The notes under the pieces: model-generated | What the model was told of the DNA's origin: nothing | What the model saw: the letters and a program-made list of their open reading frames with translations, nothing else | The model's database searches: none | Position numbers and translations under genes: made by a program | Virus record (IMG/VR): IMGVR_UViG_3300031857_000489 | Coordinates: 1-39,783 of that record | Source of the DNA: a virus | Lineage: Duplodnaviria; Caudoviricetes | Length of the DNA stretch: 39,783 nt | Strand: one strand, 5' to 3' | Shown: piece after piece, positions 17,641 to 24,944 of the stretch | Numbering within the stretch: the stretch's first letter is position 1 | Layout: every line of letters begins with the position of its first letter

Positions 17641-18090
17641 TCAAGCCCCCACGGGAAGCTCCCGGTGGAGGCTATATTCGTACTCAAAATCCGCCTGGCC
17701 AACAACCGCATTGTCTTCTTGCCGGAGCGCCGCCACGCCGACGCGGTAGCTGGCTTTCGACCACCGCGTCACATGGGCGTCAGTTACCGAAAAACTGGAA
17801 TTCGGCGTCATGATGCACTCGTCGAACACAGCCATGACGGCCAGCGCCAGCCGCTCGACCTCCGCGACGCCCAGGGCAAAAATCGTGAATCCGAACGAGC
17901 CCTGCTCCTCGTAATCGCGTTCCGTCGTGTACTCAAACCGCGCCGGCGCATGCTCGAAGCGGATGAACGGCAGGTTGACCTGCTCTTTCACCATTTCCAG
18001 CCAGAGTCCATCGGAATCCGAAAACTCGTCCGCGACGTCCGACGCGTCGAATTTGGCAATCACAGCCTGCGTCATGGTCGCTGCCGGCAT
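17641..18090 (-). CDS. Tail terminator/completion protein
   Basis: Synteny; LPFIRF...FTIFA....EVERLA..V...FD pattern. Confidence 0.65.
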   Translation of the reverse strand: MPAATMTQAVIAKFDASDVADEFSDSDGLWLEMVKEQVNLPFIRFEHAPARFEYTTERDYEEQGSFGFTIFALGVAEVERLALAVMAVFDECIMTPNSSFSVTDAHVTRWSKASYRVGVAALRQEDNAVVGQADFEYEYSLHRELPVGA

Positions 18091-18707
18091 CAGATAGCTC
18101 CGTCTACGATCCGCTCAATCTGCGCCCGGAATTTGTTCGCGGTTCGCAAGATGAATCCGTGACCCCCTGGACCAAATTCAAGCCGCTTGGCGTACTTCCC
18201 GACTTTGCCGCCCGGTGGACCGTAGACGCCCACGCGGCCCTTTGTTGGCTGCTCGCCGCCCTCGAAAAGCTTCATCGGTTCCAGCATTTCATGCGTGATC
18301 GAGCTTCGCAGTTTGCCCGAGAGTTTTCGCGGCGGGTCGCCCTTGATCGCGGGCGCGGATTGATAGTGAACGCGGATCTTATTCGGCGCCCCGTGGCCGC
18401 CCTTTGGGAACACGAACGACGACGCCCATCGCACCTTGGCCCCCTGCATGTAGGGAGATGGCTGAAGCTTTCTCGGCGGCGCTCCAGGCCACAGGAAGAA
18501 CGCTTTTGCGGTAGCTGGGTCGTAGGTCTGATAGCCGGCGACGTAATACCGGCCGCCCTTCCTGTCGGTCAAAAGCACGCGGGGCGCCGGCACGGACAGC
18601 GTTTCCTTGATCGCTGTTTCCAGGAACACGGTCGCAGCTTCCAGGCCGCGGCCGGCGGCGCGAATCGCGTCGTTGTACAGTCTCGGATTCCACTGGAAGT
18701 TACTCAT
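18090..18707 (-). CDS. HK97 gp10-like neck protein
   Basis: SGKLRSSI...YAKRLEFG...FILR motifs; synteny. Confidence 0.7.
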   Translation of the reverse strand: MSNFQWNPRLYNDAIRAAGRGLEAATVFLETAIKETLSVPAPRVLLTDRKGGRYYVAGYQTYDPATAKAFFLWPGAPPRKLQPSPYMQGAKVRWASSFVFPKGGHGAPNKIRVHYQSAPAIKGDPPRKLSGKLRSSITHEMLEPMKLFEGGEQPTKGRVGVYGPPGGKVGKYAKRLEFGPGGHGFILRTANKFRAQIERIVDGAI

Positions 18708-19039
18708 GACCGCACCTGTTCCTCGACGTCGACAATCGTCGGCCAGACGTCGTAACCGAAAGCTGCGGGCCGCAGTCCTTGAAACAAGAACGTGTGGCCG
18801 TTGCTGACAAGGCGGTCGCCAGGCAAAATCGTGATCGCGTCCGCTAAATAGATCGTGTGTGACACGGCCAAATTTTGCTGCATGTACTGCTCACGAACCC
18901 GCCCGCTGGCAGGCTGAATGTCGCATGCGCGATCGGTGTAGAGGTCGGCGTAGGTTTGCACCATGCCGCCCGAGGCGTCCTTCGTGACGGTTTGTCTTTG
19001 GACCGTAACGCGGCTGCGGCACATGCTGCGGAGGCTCAT
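18704..19039 (-). CDS. Head closure / head-tail adaptor protein
   Basis: Start MSLRSMC at 19039 (ATGA overlap); RVTVQR...DASGG...ILPGDRL. Confidence 0.7.
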   Translation of the reverse strand: MSLRSMCRSRVTVQRQTVTKDASGGMVQTYADLYTDRACDIQPASGRVREQYMQQNLAVSHTIYLADAITILPGDRLVSNGHTFLFQGLRPAAFGYDVWPTIVDVEEQVRS

Positions 19040-19746
19040 ATGTGAACCCCCTTGTAGCGCAGCATTGTCGACCGCACGCCGCCGAGTTCGGGAATTGCCC
19101 CGCTCGCCGACTGCTGACCGACGGAATACGAGTAGCCGCCGAGAGATTCCGAATTGACCGGGACGCCCTTGTCCGCTGAACGTCGGATGTAGGCCGCCAA
19201 CTGGCACACCGCAGACCGGACGTCCATCGGCAACGTCGGAAATCCGGCAATGTACGAAACCTTGATGTTCCCCAGCCCCTCAATCGGCTGCAAAAGAAGT
19301 TGGCCAGGCGTGTACTGCGACCGCATTGGCCAGACCGTGCCGACGCGCTCGAGCATGCCGCTGTAGCTGCATGGCGTCGTTGTTCCTGGAAGGCAACCGT
19401 CCAGCCTCAGAACGTAATCCGTGCCGTAGGTGAGCAGCGTCGCCGACGCAAAAGCGCCGTCAGGGTTTTGGCCGAACCGTCCGCTGTTGTCGAGGTAGAC
19501 CGTCAGCCCGTCCGCGATAACCGGCCGATTTTTCAGGAAGATCGCCCGCGATCCGCTCCCGGAGTAGTAACCGCTGTCGCCGCGGGCGTAGTCGGACGCT
19601 GCGGGGTAGGTCCGCTGGTCGAGATCGCGGCCGATTTCATTCGTGAACGTGGCCCAGGCAGCGTCGAGGAATTGCTGAAGCTGGACGTCGTCGGACGATC
19701 CCGAGACGCCGATGTAGTCCTTGAAAAAGTCGAGCCCGACAGGCAC
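19036..19746 (-). CDS. Head-tail connector (HK97 gp6/SPP1 gp15-like) protein
   Basis: FKDYIGV...DDVQLQQFLDAA...IKVSYIAGF..LP.DVRSAV...SESLGGYSYS. Confidence 0.8.
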   Translation of the reverse strand: MPVGLDFFKDYIGVSGSSDDVQLQQFLDAAWATFTNEIGRDLDQRTYPAASDYARGDSGYYSGSGSRAIFLKNRPVIADGLTVYLDNSGRFGQNPDGAFASATLLTYGTDYVLRLDGCLPGTTTPCSYSGMLERVGTVWPMRSQYTPGQLLLQPIEGLGNIKVSYIAGFPTLPMDVRSAVCQLAAYIRRSADKGVPVNSESLGGYSYSVGQQSASGAIPELGGVRSTMLRYKGVHI

Positions 19747-19830
19747 GTCTGACCCCTCTTAAGTCGGGTGGAGTCCGGGAGCCCCACGCCCCCGGACTCG
19801 CACCGTCACACCGTGGCAGGGGTGACACCT

Positions 19831-20265
19831 CTAATTCGGGACGGCCGTAACGGAAAACGTGAAGCTCGCGTTGGCCGTGGATGCATCGGTGATTGCCCAG
19901 CGAACACGCCACTGATCGCCTATCAGGTTGCGAACGCTGCCAGCCGACAACGCCGAACCCGTTTCGAACATCGTTTCCGCCGCCGTGCCGCTGATCTTTG
20001 CGACGTGCCGCTTGGCGCCGCCGTTGCCGAGGCATTGCGTGAACGCCACGACGTCGATCCAATTCGTGCCGTCCAGCGTCGTTTGGACGTAGACGTTGAG
20101 CGTGTCGCCCGAATCCGTGGCCGCAGCGGTCAGGTCGAGTTGAAACGCGATGCCAGCGCCGGCATCTTTGATCGTGGTCGCCGACCCCGTTCCGGTGGCG
20201 GTTCGCGCCGCCGAGTCGTGCAGGGACGTGGCGTAAGCGAGCCGTCGCTCCATCTGATTCGGCAC
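19831..20265 (-). CDS. Virion-associated beta-sandwich hypothetical protein
   Basis: LNVYVQTTLDGTNW; AAGGAG RBS; lies in the head region. Confidence 0.6.
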   Translation of the reverse strand: MPNQMERRLAYATSLHDSAARTATGTGSATTIKDAGAGIAFQLDLTAAATDSGDTLNVYVQTTLDGTNWIDVVAFTQCLGNGGAKRHVAKISGTAAETMFETGSALSAGSVRNLIGDQWRVRWAITDASTANASFTFSVTAVPN

Positions 20266-20275
20266 GGCTCACTCC

Positions 20276-21178
20276 TTAGCTGTCGGCAGCCGGGTTCAGG
20301 ACGCCGGACACGTCGCCGACGCCGTCCGAACCGTAGTTTTCGATGCAGTAACACGCCCCAGGATCGATCGCCGTTCGCGTGCCGACCGCGGCGAGCGTGC
20401 TGTTGACGACGTTACTCTTGATGACGCCCGTGCAGGCCGACACCAGCTCAATCGCGTGGTCGCCGGATTGCAGGTTGGTGAGCGTGTTGTCGGCGATGAG
20501 AAGCCGTGTCGCGACCGCCGATGTCGGGTTGTGGACGCAGGCGTCGTTGAAGTCGCCGAACACCTCGTTGCCGACGACCCGGATGCGGTCCTTGGCGGCG
20601 CTGATCTTGATCGCACAGTCCGCCCCGGTCGCGACCGACTTGAAATAGCTGTTGGTGCAGAACGTGCGGTCTTCGCCGAGGTCGACAGCGATCGCCCACT
20701 GTTTCGAACTCCCTTCGAGGAATTCGCAGCCGTCGATCCCCGAGCCGGCCCCGGTGACGGGGACCATGACGACCTGGCCGTCGACATCGTTCTTGAACAC
20801 GATGTTTCGGACGACGCAGTTCGCGCCGGTGATGGTGGCCGTCGCGGCGGTCGACGTCGTGAACGTGATGACCGGCCGATTTTCGCCGTTCCCAAGCCCG
20901 ATGACCGACACGCCCGCGACATCCAGCGCGAAACCCGCGGCGCCGGTGATTGTTTCGGCGTGCCCTTCAAGGACGAAAATCACGTCCCCGTTGTTGGCCG
21001 TGGCCGCATTGATTGCGGCGTCGATCGTGGAGAAGGGAGTTTCCGGCGAAAATCCCGGCCCCGACGCCGTTCCGGAATGGTGGACGTACAGGACATTGCC
21101 GGTCGGCTGGTTCGGCTGGTAAAGAGACTCCGACCATTCGTTGCCGCCCACGCGGGGGAAGTGCGTTTTCGTTGGCAT
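20276..21178 (-). CDS. Right-handed beta-helix (pectin-lyase-like) protein
   Basis: PFSTIDAAINAA..NNGDVIFVLEG.H.E start motif, followed by repeated Ix.N.F strands. Confidence 0.7.
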   Translation of the reverse strand: MPTKTHFPRVGGNEWSESLYQPNQPTGNVLYVHHSGTASGPGFSPETPFSTIDAAINAATANNGDVIFVLEGHAETITGAAGFALDVAGVSVIGLGNGENRPVITFTTSTAATATITGANCVVRNIVFKNDVDGQVVMVPVTGAGSGIDGCEFLEGSSKQWAIAVDLGEDRTFCTNSYFKSVATGADCAIKISAAKDRIRVVGNEVFGDFNDACVHNPTSAVATRLLIADNTLTNLQSGDHAIELVSACTGVIKSNVVNSTLAAVGTRTAIDPGACYCIENYGSDGVGDVSGVLNPAADS

Positions 21179-21182
21179 GGTG

Positions 21183-21356
21183 TCAGCGCTCCTCGGTCGC
21201 TTTGAAAAATTCCGTCGCCAGTTCCACTGCTCGCTCCGCTAGCACGTCAGGCCTCGTTGCCGTGTGCCTCGGGTCGACTACGAGCCGTTCGAAAATACGC
21301 TCCGCCAGTTGGTCGCGCGGAGCGTTTCGGTTGTTTGTGGGTGATTCTTTCGCCAT
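21183..21356 (-). CDS. 57-aa hypothetical protein (below the track cutoff)
   Basis: Manual translation MAKESPTNNRNAPRDQLAERIFERLVVDPRH...FFKATEER; fills the gap; AAGGGTG upstream. Confidence 0.6.
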   Translation of the reverse strand: MAKESPTNNRNAPRDQLAERIFERLVVDPRHTATRPDVLAERAVELATEFFKATEER

Positions 21357-21365
21357 GGATCACCC

Positions 21366-21830
21366 TTAGCTGATCTGGTTCGCGGTCAAATCCTGGTAGG
21401 CGAATCGGGGATTCGCGAGCAGGTAAGTGACGACCGCCTCATCGCCCGAGTTCGAGCAGGTCAGGCGAGCCGCGACATATCGCAGGCTGGTGCCCAGCGA
21501 TCGCACCTCGGCAGCCGTGCATTCGGCGACGACAATGTCGCCAACAGCGTCGGCCTCGACCGTGCCAGAATCCTTGACAACGGTCAGATTCGTGCTCATC
21601 GCCGAGTCGTCGGCCGCGACGATTTCCAGCTTGGTGATGCCGGACGACGACGCCGAAACGCTGGTCATGGCGATGGCGGCGAAGTTCTCGTAGTTGGTCA
21701 GGTCGGCCACCCGTTTCGTGGTGCCGCCGTCGGGCGAACAGATGGTCGCCGACGTCCCGCCCGGATCGTGGTCGTACATGGTGATGGAATTGCGACCGAA
21801 CAGTTTTTGTGTCGTAACGGCAGACGCCAT
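21366..21830 (-). CDS. Capsid-associated/decoration protein
   Basis: Immediately downstream of the MCP; AAGGAG RBS; LRYVAARLT C-terminal strand. Confidence 0.6.
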   Translation of the reverse strand: MASAVTTQKLFGRNSITMYDHDPGGTSATICSPDGGTTKRVADLTNYENFAAIAMTSVSASSSGITKLEIVAADDSAMSTNLTVVKDSGTVEADAVGDIVVAECTAAEVRSLGTSLRYVAARLTCSNSGDEAVVTYLLANPRFAYQDLTANQIS

Positions 21831-21867
21831 TTGTCAGACTCCTTGAAGAATCGGTGATAGGGCGGTG

Positions 21868-23082
21868 TTAGCGGGCGCCGAGCGCGACATACGGGCTCAG
21901 CGTGGTGGTGCTGTTCTTCGGGGTGAGCGCCGAACGCCACCAGGGCATGCCGGCGTTACGCGTCCAGAACTTGAACGCCCGCTCGTGATTGACGAAGCGG
22001 ACATGGATCGACTCGGCCGTCTGCATCGGCTGATAGGTGCCTTCAAGGTACTCTCGCCAGTTGACGCAGAGCATGTCGCCAGCATCGCCGAGCGTCGCCG
22101 TGTACTCGGTGAAGTAAATCGGACGACCGAAAAACATGTCGGGGTGATCGTCGCGGGCCGACGGTTGCCACGCCGGGATGTAGGAGCCACTCGCGGACGG
22201 ATGAGCGATCGACATGAGCTGAGGCATCGTGTCGTGGTTGGCGAGCCAGACCGCGTCTTTGTAGCCCCAGCACCGCGAACGCATTTTGACGACGTTCTGA
22301 TAGGTGATGGTGTCGGCCGCCTGGCCGGTTTCCTTCGCGACCGTGACCAGAGCCGGCGAACGCATGACGCCGAGGTACTCGCCAATGCCCGTGCCGTTGA
22401 TTCGCTCGTTGATCAGGTGATAGGTCAACTGATCCTTGAATCCGTCGGCGACGAGCGTAGCGAACGACGTCGGAGAATCGTAAAGCAGTTCCTCCGTGGC
22501 GAACGAGATGCCCATGAGGTTGTGAGCCTCAAGGCTGATTTGCTCGTATTCGGTGCGGCTCGACGAGGTTTCCGTGGTGTCCTCGCGACGATAGAAGCGA
22601 AGACCGCCAGCAACGCTCGTGGTGTGGTTCTTGTCGACGCGGGCCGGGATTTTGATGATGGCCTTGTCCATCGGCACTTTGCGGGTCAACGCGCCGATGA
22701 CGTCCTCTTCCGGATCGAGCTTGAGGATTTCGGGGGAAAACCCGATGGGGAGAAGGTAGCCGCCGTAAGCGTCCTGGACGCCGGAAGCCTCGTCGGACCC
22801 AACCGCCTTTTTGACGGTCAGCGACTTGAGGCGGGGATCGACGCGATTGGACACGGTGGCCTGAAGGACAGCCGTCAGGTATTCGCGGGGCGTTTGAAAT
22901 CCGCCCTGCTTGGCGAGCTTGTGGTCGATCGGCTCGGCCGCAAGCCGGCCGCGATTGTGATCTGGCGCCGACAGGGCTTTTTCGACTTTGTCAATCCGGC
23001 CCGAGACTTCGCCGAACTGCTTGGAGACGTTCGCGACGTCGCCGGCCAGCGACTTGACAGCGGTGAGAACTTCCTTCGACAT
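21868..23082 (-). CDS. Major capsid protein, HK97 fold
   Basis: N-terminal coiled-coil delta domain, GGYLLP, ATEELLYDS, INGTG...GV, FFGRPI. Confidence 0.92.
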   Translation of the reverse strand: MSKEVLTAVKSLAGDVANVSKQFGEVSGRIDKVEKALSAPDHNRGRLAAEPIDHKLAKQGGFQTPREYLTAVLQATVSNRVDPRLKSLTVKKAVGSDEASGVQDAYGGYLLPIGFSPEILKLDPEEDVIGALTRKVPMDKAIIKIPARVDKNHTTSVAGGLRFYRREDTTETSSSRTEYEQISLEAHNLMGISFATEELLYDSPTSFATLVADGFKDQLTYHLINERINGTGIGEYLGVMRSPALVTVAKETGQAADTITYQNVVKMRSRCWGYKDAVWLANHDTMPQLMSIAHPSASGSYIPAWQPSARDDHPDMFFGRPIYFTEYTATLGDAGDMLCVNWREYLEGTYQPMQTAESIHVRFVNHERAFKFWTRNAGMPWWRSALTPKNSTTTLSPYVALGAR

Positions 23083-23109
23083 GGTGAGACGTCCCTGTGA
23101 AAACAGGGC

Positions 23110-23148
23110 GGACCCGGAAAAACCTCGTATGAGGTGTTTCCCAGGTCC
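23110..23148 (-). promoter_or_regulatory. Long stem-loop upstream of the MCP start
   Basis: Minus-strand GGACCUGGGAAACACCUC-AUAC-GAGGUUUUUCCGGGUCC pairs over ~17 bp using G-U pairs. Confidence 0.6.
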
Positions 23149-23241
23149 GTTTGTCGGTCGCTGGAAAGTCCGCCGGTGATTGATTTGCCTTGCCGTCCCG
23201 CCTGCGGTCGCGCCGCTCGGCGTGGTTGTCGGTTCGGCTTT

Positions 23242-23424
23242 TTAACTTTCGCGTTCTTGCCGGTCGAGAGCCACGGTTGGCTCCATAATCGGCCTCAGCA
23301 AGATGGGGCGCCCTTGCTTGACGTCCCAAATGACCCCAAATTTTCCGTAGGCGTCGGGCCGTGACGACATGACTTTAGCGTCGTCGAAAGCCTTGTTCAA
23401 CGCCTGTTCGATTTCCGGCTTCAC
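23242..23424 (-). CDS. Hypothetical protein, 60 aa
   Basis: GTGA overlap with the protease stop; ordinary composition. Confidence 0.5.
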   Translation of the reverse strand: MKPEIEQALNKAFDDAKVMSSRPDAYGKFGVIWDVKQGRPILLRPIMEPTVALDRQERES

Positions 23425-24902
23425 GCCACGACTCCAAAAGCCTTCCGAAGCTTCGCCATGCCGCTCTTGACCGGCTTGAGCCGTTCGCCGGCAGCCTGAA
23501 GAGCCTTGAGGACTTCATCCTCATCCATGTCGTCGACCGGGTCATTGACGACCTGCTCGTCCATCGGCATGTCGTCCACGGGCGGCGGAGGCGCCTGGTC
23601 GTCACCCATGCCGCCCGACTTCAGAAGTTCCATTGCGTCGTCGGCGTGGTAGGTTTTGAACGCCTCGGTCAGTTCGGCGACGATCTGCTCGGCCTGGCTG
23701 CGGAGTTTTTCGGTAACGGGCGACAGTTCGGGGTGAAAGCTGAGATTCGGCATCTCCGCCAAAAGGGCTTCAAAGTGCTTGATGACGTCGAGCAGCGATC
23801 TGACCTGGTCCTGCGCGGTAGCCGTGTCGTCCACCGACTCATCGTCGACCGGCACATCCTCATCGACCGGAACGTCTTCATCCGGGATTTCGTCGGCGGG
23901 AACCTCTTCGGATGGCTCCTCGACCGGCATGTCCATCTCGTCGGGCGTCTCGTCGACCGGCACGTCGTCGGTGTCCTCATCCTCGTCATCGCCATACGCT
24001 TTCCGAACGCCGAGCAGCGCCGCCACGCCCTTGCCCAGCGACTTGCGGCTGCCGGCTTGCAGTTCAAAATCGGGCGATCCGTAGATCAGCAATCCGGGGA
24101 GTTCGGTTTTCTCGACGAAAGACTTGCTGTATCCCTTCGCTCGCAAGAATCGCTCGGCCTGCGACTCGGTGTAGACTTCGGTGTCGAACTCGATTGCCGC
24201 GGTCTTGAGGCTGCTCATGTCGATCATCGCTCCCGGAGACCAAACTTTTTTCGGCGGCAGGATCAAGCTCGCCGTGCGCTTCATGGTTTGAGACTTGATA
24301 ATGCCGTTTGAAAGGGACATCCGCAACACATCTTCGTTCAGCGTGCCCGCGTTGACTGGCTGAAACGTCAACGACCATTCAGTAGGCCGCCATTCGGAGA
24401 AATGCAACCCCTTCGCCCGGCGATGCGACTGGACCGGCAGGAAGCCGATAGAAGCGCCGAGCAGGAATCCTCGGCGAACCAGTTCCCAGCACTCAGCCGA
24501 CAGGTTTTCGCCGTGGAACGGTTGCAGGTGGAAAAAGCACTTGGCGACAATCTTGTCGTCATGGACGTCGAAAAAGAACCCTTTTTGCGGATGCGAACTG
24601 CGCCCGACCGCGCCGAGCTTGGCGTCGTGCTCGTAGAGAACGACCGGGTTTCGCTTGTAATCGGCCAAGTGGGGCATACACCCATTTGGCTCGATGACGT
24701 CGCCTTCGCGGTCCTCTGTGCGGCTGACGACAACGAACGACGCGCAGACGTCTTGATCGGAGATGCTTCCGGGGACGGCTAGGGCCTGCGGCGAAGTGAA
24801 AGAGACCGCGCCGTCGCTGCCGAGGGGGGCGGCAAGAAGTGCGGCGGGACCGAAGTCCTTCCGATTGCGGCGGCGCAGCTCTTTGATGACGGCGGATGCC
24901 AT
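23421..24902 (-). CDS. HK97-family prohead protease with an acidic, scaffold-like C-terminal extension
   Basis: DREGDVI, NPVVLYEHD (His), GASIGF (Ser), EWSL..QPVN; D/E/P-rich tail. Confidence 0.88.
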   Translation of the reverse strand: MASAVIKELRRRNRKDFGPAALLAAPLGSDGAVSFTSPQALAVPGSISDQDVCASFVVVSRTEDREGDVIEPNGCMPHLADYKRNPVVLYEHDAKLGAVGRSSHPQKGFFFDVHDDKIVAKCFFHLQPFHGENLSAECWELVRRGFLLGASIGFLPVQSHRRAKGLHFSEWRPTEWSLTFQPVNAGTLNEDVLRMSLSNGIIKSQTMKRTASLILPPKKVWSPGAMIDMSSLKTAAIEFDTEVYTESQAERFLRAKGYSKSFVEKTELPGLLIYGSPDFELQAGSRKSLGKGVAALLGVRKAYGDDEDEDTDDVPVDETPDEMDMPVEEPSEEVPADEIPDEDVPVDEDVPVDDESVDDTATAQDQVRSLLDVIKHFEALLAEMPNLSFHPELSPVTEKLRSQAEQIVAELTEAFKTYHADDAMELLKSGGMGDDQAPPPPVDDMPMDEQVVNDPVDDMDEDEVLKALQAAGERLKPVKSGMAKLRKAFGVVA

Positions 24903-24944
24903 GGCAACGACGCTACCATTTTTGTGCCGCTGTTCAACTCGACT

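Noticed and set aside
19767-19804. GC hairpin (gagtccggg/cccggactc) as an intrinsic terminator
   Set aside because: The stem is real but has no U-tract on either strand; function unsupported
21865-23100. 411-aa + strand ORF antisense to the major capsid gene (also 12909..13829, 27314..28291, 31710..32570 and similar)
   Set aside because: In-register antisense shadows typical of GC-rich genes, with no motifs, RBS or promoter, unlike the intein antisense ORF
23830-23990. Repeated tcgaccgg words as a CRISPR-like or regulatory array
   Set aside because: They are PVD/PVE codon repeats in the acidic linker of the protease, with irregular spacing and no cas genes
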